DNA of 40,799 bases from a virus (lineage: Duplodnaviria > Caudoviricetes): IMG/VR virus record IMGVR_UViG_3300020045_002269, positions 1 through 40,799 of that record; one strand, given 5' to 3'. Below are positions 1 to 9,344 of the stretch, in pieces. Positions within the stretch are counted from its first letter, which is position 1. Each line of letters opens with the position of its first letter. A model generated the notes under the pieces. That model had not been told where the DNA came from, did no database searches, and saw nothing but the letters and a program-made list of their open reading frames with translations. A program made the translations under genes and the position numbers.

Positions 1-1
1 A

Positions 2-181
2 CCATTCCAACGCTATAAAAGTAAAAGTATTAGATTTTACCCATATCTGCTTTTCGTAAATACGCTGTACTGCTTTTCTAGCTGCGCTAGCTGTAAAACC
101 ATTCTTTGGTAAGTCGATAAAAGCCCCAACCTCTAAAGCTTCTATTGTCAACCTTAAATTAGGTTTTTCTATCAATTCCAT
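2..181 (-). CDS. small hypothetical protein, possibly DNA-binding; runs off the window edge
   Basis: Manual translation from ATG at 181: MELIEKPNLRLTIEALEVGAFIDLPKNGFTASAARKAVQRI..., open to the edge, with an A-rich leader. Not in the ORF track. Confidence 0.55.
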   Translation of the reverse strand, partial: MELIEKPNLRLTIEALEVGAFIDLPKNGFTASAARKAVQRIYEKQIWVKSNTFTFIALEW

Positions 182-201
182 ATCTTTGTTTTTTTTAAGT
201 T

Positions 202-390
202 TTATTTAGCAGCCAGCGCAGCATCTCTAAATTTGTTATTTGCCATTCTCGACATAAACCGTTTCATGACTTTTAACCCTGGAAGGTTTTCAGATAACCT
301 CATTGTCTTCATTTTTGAAATATGCCGGTCGGAAGCTGGTATGTAATTAGGAAGAGCTAAATGCAACTTTATTTTAGTTATCGCTTTCAT
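202..390 (-). CDS. hypothetical basic protein
   Basis: 62 aa ORF directly downstream of a Bacteroidota-type promoter and co-oriented with the next gene. Confidence 0.5.
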   Translation of the reverse strand: MKAITKIKLHLALPNYIPASDRHISKMKTMRLSENLPGLKVMKRFMSRMANNKFRDAALAAK

Positions 391-435
391 ATCTTTTACG
401 TTTTAATTAGTCTAGGACACTTGTCTAAGACATTG

Positions 436-467
436 CAAAAGTATATCACGCAAATTAAACTACCAAG
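436..467 (-). promoter_or_regulatory. Bacteroidota sigmaA-type promoter
   Basis: Minus strand: TTG (466-464), 20 nt spacer, TACTTTTG (443-436), matching TAnnTTTG. Confidence 0.6.
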
Positions 468-543
468 CCTTTTATCAATTAATTTCAATAAAAAGTAATC
501 TTTTAACTTTACTTTCTATAAGTGCTTGATACTCAATTAGGGC

Positions 544-572
544 AAAATAGCCGAACTTCACAGCCCAGCTAT
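544..572 (-). terminator. intrinsic terminator after the left lysis cassette
   Basis: Minus strand ATAGCTGGGC-TGTGAA-GTTCGGCTAT hairpin (G-U pairs) followed by a short T run, 40 nt after the stop at 612. Confidence 0.6.
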
Positions 573-611
573 CCTTTGGTATTAATCCTCAAAATGAAAA
601 CAGTACAAAAT

Positions 612-1181
612 CTATTTTATAATAAGTAAAGTAGTTTCAATTACAATAATTGCTTTAGCAATAAACAAAGTAAACCTATTAGCTTTAGTTTTCTTGTCAG
701 CAACTTTAGAGTTTTCAATCCCGGCCAAAACCTCAGTGTTGAACGCTCTTCGGGTTTCTGACATGATTGAATCTTTTATAATTTGTCGTCTTGTGCATTC
801 GGCCAATTGAATCGAATCGCTATAGGACTTCAATCCTAAATCGAATATAAGCGTTTCTTGGTCGTCGATGGCGGTATTGGCTATTGGGGTTGTGTTCGTG
901 TCAGCACGGGCAGCAGCTACAGAGATTTTAGCCTTTAAAGTCTTATAGACAACGATAGGTTTCAGTCCATCGCTTATCAGCTTCTGCTGTTCCTGGATTA
1001 CTTCAGAAGAATCCGCAAGTTGCTGAAGGTACTTATTAGAAATTTCTAAGCGCTGTTTAGTCAAATCAGATTGAGTATAAACCTTTTCAGGTGTACTTGC
1101 GCAGTCAGGAGTTGAGAGAATAAAAAGGATAAGAGCTGCTACAGCAAACCATCCTAAGTTTTGAATTATAAAGTTTTTCAT
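612..1181 (-). CDS. spanin-like lysis protein
   Basis: N-terminal and C-terminal hydrophobic segments with a coiled-coil-like middle; follows the endolysin; visibly homologous to 9345..9989 (KYxxQLxDSSxVI, DTNTT, DSxQLxEC). Confidence 0.55.
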   Translation of the reverse strand: MKNFIIQNLGWFAVAALILFILSTPDCASTPEKVYTQSDLTKQRLEISNKYLQQLADSSEVIQEQQKLISDGLKPIVVYKTLKAKISVAAARADTNTTPIANTAIDDQETLIFDLGLKSYSDSIQLAECTRRQIIKDSIMSETRRAFNTEVLAGIENSKVADKKTKANRFTLFIAKAIIVIETTLLIIK

Positions 1182-1633
1182 ATTATTACATACCCGTTTT
1201 CTGTTTTACCTGCTTTTCTTAACGCTAAAAGCTGTTGCCAAGTATGACCGAAAGTTTTTTCAAAATGGGGTTTGTCAGATATGGATCTGAAATTACCCCC
1301 CCAAGCATACCCATGTGATTTGAATAAAGCTACAACTTCCATCCAATCTGATGTGCCGTCCAAGTCAAAGTCTTTTGCAGTATCCCAAATAGTTCTATCT
1401 CCTTGAACTAGGCAGAAGTCAAAAGCCAAGCCGTAATTATGGAATGACTGTCCAGGCATTGCGTTTGTTACTTTAGGTCTTTGATTGAAAAGTGCTTGTT
1501 GTTCGTCAAAAGTACGAAGCCCTTGAGTAACTAACATTTTTACGCCCGACTTTAAAATTTCGGTGTTAGCCGTATCAACTAAAGTTTGCGCTTCGTCTTT
1601 AATGGTGGGGTGGAGGGATTGTATTTTTGTCAT
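1178..1633 (-). CDS. endolysin, peptidase M15 family (L-alanyl-D-glutamate peptidase type)
   Basis: Motifs RTFDEQ, SFHNYGLAFD (SxHx6D), WGG, DKPHFE. Confidence 0.9.
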   Translation of the reverse strand: MTKIQSLHPTIKDEAQTLVDTANTEILKSGVKMLVTQGLRTFDEQQALFNQRPKVTNAMPGQSFHNYGLAFDFCLVQGDRTIWDTAKDFDLDGTSDWMEVVALFKSHGYAWGGNFRSISDKPHFEKTFGHTWQQLLALRKAGKTENGYVII

Positions 1634-1950
1634 TGTGCTTTTATTGTTTTAATAATTTCAATTTTTATTCCATTTAGCGAATCTTTCAAAGAGTTTACCA
1701 TGTCGAGAATTTTTTCATGTCCATCATGATTCCTTTCTCGGTCATCTTTCAGCAACTCTTTAATTTCCGTAAAAATTCTATCATTACCGATTTTATGTTC
1801 TTCAAAATCCTTTCGCATAGTAAGAATATCTTTCGTATTGTCTGCAATCCTGGTGCTTAAAGTTACATAAGTCCCAATTAATGAGCCTAGGTTCACAATT
1901 ATAAAAGATGCCAAAGCAATTGATTCTAATAAAGTCATAATTATTCCCAA
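1630..1950 (-). CDS. holin/antiholin-like protein
   Basis: One N-terminal TM segment then a charged coiled coil; overlaps the endolysin start. Confidence 0.5.
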   Translation of the reverse strand: MGIIMTLLESIALASFIIVNLGSLIGTYVTLSTRIADNTKDILTMRKDFEEHKIGNDRIFTEIKELLKDDRERNHDGHEKILDMVNSLKDSLNGIKIEIIKTIKAQ

Positions 1951-1980
1951 TTAAGTGTGTTCATTTGCAAATGTACTAAT

Positions 1981-2175
1981 TTATTTTCTTTTAACCAAAT
2001 TTGCGATTGTTTCCGTTGTTGCCAATCCCAGTAATAACCAAATCGAATAAAACAGTAATTCGATTATCTGAGGTGTTCTTAACAAAAACGCTAATATAAT
2101 TAACGTCAAAGCAAAGCATGAAGCGATAAGTCGCTTCATGCTTTCGTTAGTTTTTGATTTTAAGAAGTTAAGCAT
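1981..2175 (-). CDS. holin-like small membrane protein
   Basis: 64 aa, two TM segments, basic C-terminus, located in the lysis cassette. Confidence 0.6.
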   Translation of the reverse strand: MLNFLKSKTNESMKRLIASCFALTLIILAFLLRTPQIIELLFYSIWLLLGLATTETIANLVKRK

Positions 2176-2345
2176 TACGGTATAATTTCAGTGGTTAAAG
2201 GTTCTAACTGTCCAATATCCAATACTTCATCCCACGCCGTAGCGCCGTCACCTAGATAAACTTCTTTGCTGAACGACTCTCCATTTGTGAGAAGCATTCC
2301 TTCATCTGCCGTTTGGGTTCGGTGTCCATTTTCAATTACTATCAT
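2175..2345 (-). CDS. putative tail fibre assembly/accessory protein
   Basis: Likely start is ATG 2345 (MIVIENGHRTQTADEGMLLTNG...VYLG...WDEV), directly after the fibre gene; function inferred from position. Confidence 0.45.
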   Translation of the reverse strand: MIVIENGHRTQTADEGMLLTNGESFSKEVYLGDGATAWDEVLDIGQLEPLTTEIIP

Positions 2346-2356
2346 ATATTCTATTT

Positions 2357-4309
2357 TTAAGCTAACGTCCAACCGGCTGCCTGTGCTGCAATTGCTTCTG
2401 CGCTTCCTGATATTTTAGCTAAATTTGTAGCCCCAAAAGTCAACGTTAATCCGCTAACCTTGCATCTTCTGCCTGTAGCCGTTGTACTTGCTGCTGTAGT
2501 TAGTACTATTGTATTGGCAGTTACTGGAGTCGCTGAAATCACTTTCGTTTCAAAACTGCCATCTAATTTTTCAATTTGGATTGACATTCCGCTTCTGAAA
2601 TAGAGAGTAAAATCTAGTCCATCAGTAGCTGTCAAAGTTGTAGTTCCATTTGAAGAAAATCTACCATTATTTGTCGGCACCGCCGTCCACATATCATATA
2701 GGGCTAATCTTGCAAGGATAAACTCTTTCATTTCTACTGCTTGTAGCAACGGTGAATTTGCTGATGCAAAATTGATTGAATAATTCCAAAATTTTTCTAG
2801 TTCTATTTTTATAGGCTGAGTAAGAGCTTGTAAAAATTGTGTACTAAAAGTAGTAAATGATACATTTGGCTTCGAAACGTAGATGTATGATAAAGAAGTT
2901 GCAGCTTGCAGCATTAATCCAGCCGACAAATTCAACGAAATTAAACCTGACGGCATTATAAAATCACAAATTGGAATACCGTAAAACACCGTACTACCAG
3001 TAATAGATAATGATTTCATATTGGCTGGGAAAACTACCTGCTGCAATGAACAGCCATAAAATAATCCAGTCAAAGCAAGCTCTAATGCTTTATCAACATC
3101 ACTTAAATTTTCTTTAAACGGTGGAAATCTAAAGTTTTGAATATAATTACTTGCAAATTGATTACTCTGCTGAATAAATTTATATGTATTACTGGCCGGT
3201 TCATCAGTTCCATTTGTTAATCTATACGTTTCATCAAATGAAATTTTATTAATAGAACAACCATTCATATTTAGTCCCTGAATACTCACGTTATAAATAA
3301 ATAACCATATAATTTTTCTAGCCCATGTAAATGCTGGGTCTCCAATAGAAGTTGCAAAAGAATGTACTGGATTTGGACTTGCAGAAGAAAAAACTATCCA
3401 TCGAGTTGAAAATCCTGCATTCCCTTGATAGCCACCAGTAATTGAAATCACAGAGTCTCCCAAAGTAGGCGAGTCATTTCCATTCCCACTCATTAATGTA
3501 ATTTTTTTATTATTGTCAGAAATACTATTGTGCAAGGCTATTGCTGCTGTAATCGTTTCTCCTACATGAACGATAAGGTTCACGTTTCCACTCATCCCTG
3601 CTGTATTTGATTCTATCCTTATTACATTAGTCATCCACGTCATCTGTCCTTCGTAGAATGCCTTTACGGCTGCCAATTCATCTTTCGTTTTGTCAAATGT
3701 ATAATAACCTGTCGAAGTCGTTGAAATACCATCCGACATTGTAAATAGATTTCCACCCTGTAAGTAAACCTTATCAACTCCCTTTGGTATTAACAACGCA
3801 TATTTATAAGAGTAATTTACATCGTTTACAGATGCAACGGCTTCATTTATATTATGCCAATCTGGAGGATTACCACTTGTACTTGCTACATTGATAGTCG
3901 AACTAATGGCTCTAATTTTAGATGCCATCAAAACAGAATTATCAACATCTGAAACTTGCTGCCCCTTGTCCCTAATAGCCTGTGCAACAATAGCCTTGTC
4001 AACATTCATTTCATTAACCAATGCCTCTGTTGGTACAGCCCCATAATCAATATCAATGCTTAATTTATCTCCAGTAGCTAAAACAGGTAGGGTATTTGAA
4101 TAAGTAATTACACCGCCAACTACAGAAATAATTAAATCCTTATTAAATGAGCCTGCAAGTAGTTTCTTTTGAGTTTCGTTAATAATAACGATAACATCTT
4201 GGTCTGTAAAATTTGCGTCTGAAATAGTTATGCTTCTACTTCCAGCTACGAACGTATATTTAGCGTTTGAACTCGTGTCTATTCGACCGTCTTTTATTGT
4301 CTGTTTCAT
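2357..4309 (-). CDS. tail fibre / receptor-binding protein with LRR-like C-terminal region
   Basis: First ~90 aa homologous to the N-terminus of 6079..7653; periodic FYGCSLQQVVFPANMKSL-type repeats resembling BspA-like LRRs; ends ...AQAAGWTLA. Confidence 0.65.
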   Translation of the reverse strand: MKQTIKDGRIDTSSNAKYTFVAGSRSITISDANFTDQDVIVIINETQKKLLAGSFNKDLIISVVGGVITYSNTLPVLATGDKLSIDIDYGAVPTEALVNEMNVDKAIVAQAIRDKGQQVSDVDNSVLMASKIRAISSTINVASTSGNPPDWHNINEAVASVNDVNYSYKYALLIPKGVDKVYLQGGNLFTMSDGISTTSTGYYTFDKTKDELAAVKAFYEGQMTWMTNVIRIESNTAGMSGNVNLIVHVGETITAAIALHNSISDNNKKITLMSGNGNDSPTLGDSVISITGGYQGNAGFSTRWIVFSSASPNPVHSFATSIGDPAFTWARKIIWLFIYNVSIQGLNMNGCSINKISFDETYRLTNGTDEPASNTYKFIQQSNQFASNYIQNFRFPPFKENLSDVDKALELALTGLFYGCSLQQVVFPANMKSLSITGSTVFYGIPICDFIMPSGLISLNLSAGLMLQAATSLSYIYVSKPNVSFTTFSTQFLQALTQPIKIELEKFWNYSINFASANSPLLQAVEMKEFILARLALYDMWTAVPTNNGRFSSNGTTTLTATDGLDFTLYFRSGMSIQIEKLDGSFETKVISATPVTANTIVLTTAASTTATGRRCKVSGLTLTFGATNLAKISGSAEAIAAQAAGWTLA

Positions 4310-4313
4310 AATT

Positions 4314-4871
4314 TTATCGTAATCCTGCGTAAATTAAATTTAAAATATCTTGTGAAATAACTAATGGTATTCCAGCTCCATTTCCTATTATTGTGATACC
4401 ATCAACTTCTACAGATGTCAATCCATTTCCTGCGGGCGCATTACCTTGTAAAACTTTACTTCCTGTAATATTTACTAAGCCCTTAACTACCCAATTACCA
4501 CCAACATAAGCAATAATTATTTTAGAAATACAAACTATTTCCTCCGCCACTAATCCATTAAGATTTAATTCCGAACTGTTTCTAAGTTTTTCGGTATTTA
4601 CAGCCGTTAAAATAGCGGGGGCGCCTGAACCTGTAGCCTGCGTAACCCATTGGGGTTGAACAAATAGTAATCTATGCTTTTGACTAAAAGCATCCGCTGC
4701 CATCGGTTGAGCATAAATCCAAATTGTTGAAACGCTGTTAGCAGGCATTAAAGTATTAACCCATTCTGTAGTAAATTGGTTATAATATGGATTATTGACT
4801 AATAGTTTTACAATATCTGATTGGTCAAGTACTGTATTTTCAAGACTTGCACCCGTTAAATTGCATTGAGT
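4314..4871 (-). pseudogene. 5'-truncated second copy of the tail-associated gene 4866..6074 (C-terminal part only)
   Basis: The frame is open upstream of the annotated ATG 4748 and reads TQCNLTGASLENTVLDQSDIVKLL..., matching TQFNLTGASLENTVLDQADIVKLL in the + copy. Homology stops at ~4872 and a stop codon lies ~18 nt further. Confidence 0.7.
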
Positions 4872-6070
4872 ACAATTACCTATCCGAAATTAAGTGATTT
4901 ATCAGACGTTAACGGAACTCCGCTAAATACTACTGGCCAAATTCCAGTTTGGAATGAAGCTCTCGGAGTATTTGATTTCACTTCAAAAGTTAGTGATTTT
5001 ATTCCAAAAACTCAAAACCAATTAACTAAAGAGCCTACTGGATTTCACGAACCTAGTTTAGTAGTTGTTACGGGCGATTCAGCGACAAGAAAAATAACAT
5101 TAAGCGGAACAGTTGCGGCTTCTTACAGGGGTGAATTAGTTCCTGCATTAGTTAATGGATGGATTTCGGATGCCCACGGAGCAGACATAACAAAAAAGTA
5201 CTTCCTATATTACAACGGAACATCATTTGTTTGGAGTGAAACTGTTTGGACATTTGACGTTATAATGATTGCTATTGCAAAGTACGGAACTACTAATTCT
5301 ACATGGAAATACTACCGTGAACCTCATGGATTAATGACATGGCAAACGCATAAAGAGCTGCACGAAACCATAGGTGCTTATAAAGGAGCTGGTGGTGATA
5401 TTACAGACGTCATTTTAGATAGTACCGTAGCTGCAAATCGTAGACCAAATCTTTCTAGTTTGATTATCAATGATGAAGACTTACCGACTACAATTTCAGC
5501 ACTCACAACTAAATTATATACTCAATTTAATTTAACTGGGGCTAGTCTTGAAAATACAGTATTGGACCAGGCGGATATTGTAAAACTATTAGTTAATAAT
5601 CCATATTACAACCAGTTCACAACTGAGTGGGTTAATACCTTAATGACGGCAAACAGTGTTTCAACAATTTGGATTTACGCCCAACCAATGGCGGCGGATG
5701 CGTTTAGTCAGAAGCATAGATTGCTATTTGTTCAACCCCAATGGATTACACAGGCTACTGGTTCAGGTTCACCTGCAATTCTAACTGCCGTAAATACTGA
5801 AAAACTTAGAAACAGTTCGGAGTTAAATCTTAACGGATTAGTAGCAGAAGAGGTAGTTTGTATTTCTAAAATAATTATTGCTTATGTTGGTGGTAATTGG
5901 GTAGTTAAGAGCCTCGTTAATGTTACAGGAAGTAAAGTTTTACAAGGAAATGCACCCGCTGGAAATGGATTGACATCCGTAGAGGTAGACGGTGTTACAA
6001 TAGTTGGCAATGGAGTCGGAATACCTTTAGGAATATCTCAATCAATTTTAAATTTAATTTACGCAGGATT
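4318..6070. repeat. diverged ~550 bp inverted repeat (4318-4872 vs 5519-6070) around a ~650 bp spacer
   Basis: About 10 aa differences over the 144 aa track ORF, plus many synonymous changes; direct reverse-complement comparison. Confidence 0.92.
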
Positions 6071-6074
6071 ATAG
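4866..6074 (+). CDS. tail-associated structural protein, probably N-terminally truncated
   Basis: 402 aa, T/S/G-rich with LSDLSDV and VDGVTIVGNG fibre-type motifs; track start is a TTG at the junction, with an in-frame TAA at 4857. Confidence 0.65.
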   Translation: MSTITYPKLSDLSDVNGTPLNTTGQIPVWNEALGVFDFTSKVSDFIPKTQNQLTKEPTGFHEPSLVVVTGDSATRKITLSGTVAASYRGELVPALVNGWISDAHGADITKKYFLYYNGTSFVWSETVWTFDVIMIAIAKYGTTNSTWKYYREPHGLMTWQTHKELHETIGAYKGAGGDITDVILDSTVAANRRPNLSSLIINDEDLPTTISALTTKLYTQFNLTGASLENTVLDQADIVKLLVNNPYYNQFTTEWVNTLMTANSVSTIWIYAQPMAADAFSQKHRLLFVQPQWITQATGSGSPAILTAVNTEKLRNSSELNLNGLVAEEVVCISKIIIAYVGGNWVVKSLVNVTGSKVLQGNAPAGNGLTSVEVDGVTIVGNGVGIPLGISQSILNLIYAGL

Positions 6075-6078
6075 TATT

Positions 6079-7653
6079 ATGAGAGAACTAATAAAAGAAG
6101 GAGCTTATACCTTCACAACAGATTCAACTAGAAAGATAACAATTACAGACGGCAGAGCTTTTGCAAAGAATGACGTTCTTGTTTTAATTAACGAGACTCA
6201 AAAGGTAGTAATTGCATCGTCAATGTTAAAAGATAATATAGTTTCTGTAATTGGAAATGTAATTACATTTTCTAATTCATTACCAGCATTGGCGACTGGG
6301 GATATTCTGTCTATTTTCATTGATTATCCTCAAAACGAAATGGTTGTAATATCACATACTCAACCAGTTAATTTCATAACATTATCATCTACAATTAACG
6401 TTCAACAAACAGGAATTTTATTAAGTTACGGAACGACAACGAGTCTATTTATACTTAGAATTGGCGCATCTTCTTATGTTCCTCTTACTTTGCCTGCATT
6501 AGTTGTAGCAGGAGAGTCAATAAATGCGACGGTCGCATCTATTGGTATTCAAAATATGGTAATTCAAAAAAGTAGCACATCATCTCCTATTTTAAATGCG
6601 GGATCTTTGGCGGCTAAGACTTTAAACGGTGGATGTACCTTTGCATATTACTCTACTTTTCTTAGTAAGATTTTAATTGGTGGATTGGCTGTATTTGATG
6701 AGGACGGATGCTATAGAAATGGAGACGGGAACGCTGGGTGGTATGGCACAATAGGACAAGCATTTTATAATAAGCACGCATTAGAATATAACGGCAAATT
6801 ATATTACTATTCAATTGAACGGGGGGTTTTAATTGAACTTGATTTATCTAGCGGATCAGTTAGGGGAATATTAGCTTGTTCTACCGTATATCAAATCGAA
6901 GCGATAGGGAATAATCTATATGTAAGTTCGGCAATATCAAGCACCTATGCCGTAAGAGTAATTGATTTAACTACGCTGTCCACAACTTCATTTTCATGGA
7001 CTTCTAATGCTAGCACATTTATCCCGATGTACAGTGATGGCGTAAGTATTTATTTTGCAAATAATACAGGAAGTGTGACATACAAGCTAACTGGAACTAC
7101 ATTAGTGACATCTACAGGTGGTGGAGTTGCAAATTATTATCCATACACTATTTCTGTTGGAGATTATGTTTATATGCACAATGCATCTAGTCTTTATAAG
7201 TTTAATAAATCAGATATGACGTGGGTAGCAACATTAGCTGTTGGCGCAGGCGGCACTACATCTCCAAATAATCTATTTAAAAATGCAGACGGAACATACA
7301 TCTATGTACTTAGTGCGACAGGAATAGTATTCAAGGTGAGCGCTACTACATTTACAGTAGTAACATCCATAAATATAGGAATATCTGATACTAAATTTGC
7401 ATCAGTCGAGGTATTTAACGAAAAGGCTTATATAATCTCAGGAAATGGGACTGGAAGCGATATTGGAAAAACTTTTGCAGCTTTTAATATGCCTACAGAT
7501 ACTAGTACGTTATATGCGCCACCGACTAGCGGTTTGAATTTCAACACTCACAATGCACTAAATATAGACACTGTAAATAATAGGCTTATATTTTTTGGAG
7601 TAAACAAATCAGGAGTTAATTATTATAATGTAGAAATCGTAAACATACCGTAA
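6079..7653 (+). CDS. tail fibre/spike receptor-binding protein with beta-propeller-like C-terminus
   Basis: Shared N-terminal module with 2357..4309; C-terminal blade-like repeats (GNNLYV, DGVSIYF, GDYVYM, DGTYIYV, NEKAYI). Confidence 0.65.
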   Translation: MRELIKEGAYTFTTDSTRKITITDGRAFAKNDVLVLINETQKVVIASSMLKDNIVSVIGNVITFSNSLPALATGDILSIFIDYPQNEMVVISHTQPVNFITLSSTINVQQTGILLSYGTTTSLFILRIGASSYVPLTLPALVVAGESINATVASIGIQNMVIQKSSTSSPILNAGSLAAKTLNGGCTFAYYSTFLSKILIGGLAVFDEDGCYRNGDGNAGWYGTIGQAFYNKHALEYNGKLYYYSIERGVLIELDLSSGSVRGILACSTVYQIEAIGNNLYVSSAISSTYAVRVIDLTTLSTTSFSWTSNASTFIPMYSDGVSIYFANNTGSVTYKLTGTTLVTSTGGGVANYYPYTISVGDYVYMHNASSLYKFNKSDMTWVATLAVGAGGTTSPNNLFKNADGTYIYVLSATGIVFKVSATTFTVVTSINIGISDTKFASVEVFNEKAYIISGNGTGSDIGKTFAAFNMPTDTSTLYAPPTSGLNFNTHNALNIDTVNNRLIFFGVNKSGVNYYNVEIVNIP

Positions 7654-7654
7654 T

Positions 7655-7825
7655 ATGTGGATAGGAATAAATAAAAGTTGGGAGATTTACAAGGTGAGTC
7701 TTAACAAAGAAAATGATGATCAAATAGAGGTTATTAATTTTCCGTCTGATATAGTTAACGAGTTGTATAAGTACAAATATGTAGATGATAATTTTGTTGA
7801 AAATATTACTGCTGAAATAGTATGA
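7655..7825 (+). CDS. small protein, putative fibre assembly chaperone
   Basis: Manual ORF of 56 aa (MWIGINKSWEIYKV...LYKYKYVDDNFVEN...) filling the gap exactly, with an ATGA overlap at 7822. Confidence 0.6.
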   Translation: MWIGINKSWEIYKVSLNKENDDQIEVINFPSDIVNELYKYKYVDDNFVENITAEIV

Positions 7826-8142
7826 CCGTTTTAATCCTTATCTTATTTGCCATCTTTAACGGTCAAATAATTAATTGGCAACAAGGAAAAACATCCGCTA
7901 CAGGCTGGCATGTTACATCGTTTATTATTCGGGCTTGTTTAGTTTTACAAGCCCCTTCAATTGGATGTGCTTTGATTTACGGAGTTATTTCGTGGGCTGG
8001 CTACAATCTTATCATTAATTTGATAATGGGTCAAAAATGGAACTATTTTGGAAAGTACGACTTTTTGCAAGGGATTTGGTATTGGATAATTAACGCATTA
8101 ATTTTAATTGGAGGTGTGATTTTAGTAATATACAATATATAA
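7822..8142 (+). CDS. small multi-TM membrane protein
   Basis: 106 aa with 3-4 hydrophobic segments. Confidence 0.65.
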   Translation: MTVLILILFAIFNGQIINWQQGKTSATGWHVTSFIIRACLVLQAPSIGCALIYGVISWAGYNLIINLIMGQKWNYFGKYDFLQGIWYWIINALILIGGVILVIYNI

Positions 8143-8169
8143 AGTAATAACAGTTTTAAAACAAATGAA

Positions 8170-8535
8170 ATGAGTGAAGATTTAGAGAAACAAACAGTAG
8201 CAGCACTAGGTAGCCAAACTGGAGAGATACCAACTACTATTAAATTATTGGCAATGGCATTAGATAAAACATTTCTTGATATGAATGCTAGACATGAGGA
8301 GAGACATGAACAAATTATAAACATACTTACTGGTCATAAAACTAATATAGAGAAAGATTGTGCTATATGCAGAAAAGATGTTGCAACTAAAATAAATGCA
8401 CTCACAGAAGAGGTTGATAAGCTTAAATGGGTATCATTTTTATCTACAAATCCTAAAACTGCTGTATTACTAATATTGGGGTTACTTGCATTGATTGGTA
8501 GTGGCGTTGATAATATATTAACTAGTTTATTATGA
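8170..8535 (+). CDS. holin/antiholin-like protein
   Basis: Coiled coil plus a C-terminal TM segment; located in the lysis cassette. Confidence 0.5.
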   Translation: MSEDLEKQTVAALGSQTGEIPTTIKLLAMALDKTFLDMNARHEERHEQIINILTGHKTNIEKDCAICRKDVATKINALTEEVDKLKWVSFLSTNPKTAVLLILGLLALIGSGVDNILTSLL

Positions 8536-8765
8536 GAAATAATTCTGAATTTGGCAAGATAAAAGGAGTTGATTTTCTTAATGCATTATACTATTTTATA
8601 GGTACATTTCTATTCTCAATTAGTGGATTCCTTACTATTAGTAAAATTCCTACTATAGAAGATTTATTACCTATAATTGGTACATCATTAACACCAGCAT
8701 TATTATCTATTTTTAAAAGTTTTACAAGAAATTCTAATGGTGAAATATTAAAGAAAGAGTCATGA
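8532..8765 (+). CDS. holin-like protein
   Basis: 77 aa, two hydrophobic segments, charged C-terminus, overlapping the endolysin start. Confidence 0.6.
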   Translation: MRNNSEFGKIKGVDFLNALYYFIGTFLFSISGFLTISKIPTIEDLLPIIGTSLTPALLSIFKSFTRNSNGEILKKES

Positions 8766-9343
8766 AAAGTTATACAGACAAACAAATATTAGATAGAGTA
8801 AAATCATTATCTAGCTTTAAATTAATTCCACTTGGATATTGGATATGCGGAATACGTTCTAATGAAGATAAATCAGATAATTATGATGATAAGTTATATT
8901 TATTTAAAGGAGAAAAATTTATCATGGTTACTAGTGGAACTACTAATCCTGGAAAATGGGGATTAAATAATTTTGCCACATATAATTCTAAAGGATGCGC
9001 AGTTGTAAAGGCAGATGAGTGGACTTATGATTTATGGGCAAATGGATTGCACAAAGGAAAGATGCAAGCATTAGTTCAAGTTAAAGATATATTATATTAT
9101 CGTGATAATAATAAGAATGATAAATCAGATGAAATTGGAGCTATACAAAAAGGTATTATAGGTATTAATTTTCATACTTGCACTTATGAAAAACCTAGTT
9201 TGGCAAAAAAGTTTATTGGTTGGGTTATAGGAAAATGGTCAGAAGGATGTCAAGTAGTAAATAAAGCAGAGGATTATTATGCAATTATAAACCTTGTATC
9301 AAAACAACATAGAATAAGTTATTGTTTATTAAAAGAATTTTAA
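8762..9343 (+). CDS. putative endolysin with L,D-transpeptidase (YkuD)-like Cys/His motif
   Basis: GINFH...WSEGCQV (H...SxGC); lies between holin-like and spanin-like genes. Confidence 0.65.
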   Translation: MKSYTDKQILDRVKSLSSFKLIPLGYWICGIRSNEDKSDNYDDKLYLFKGEKFIMVTSGTTNPGKWGLNNFATYNSKGCAVVKADEWTYDLWANGLHKGKMQALVQVKDILYYRDNNKNDKSDEIGAIQKGIIGINFHTCTYEKPSLAKKFIGWVIGKWSEGCQVVNKAEDYYAIINLVSKQHRISYCLLKEF

Positions 9344-9344
9344 T

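Noticed and set aside
515-545. TAAGTGCTTGATACTCAATTAG, resembling palindromic motifs near Bacteroidota mobile elements
   Set aside because: Single weak copy; an att or regulatory call cannot be supported.
4318-6070. Diversity-generating retroelement TR/VR pair
   Set aside because: The repeat is too long, differences are mostly synonymous and not adenine-specific, and there is no reverse transcriptase in the window.
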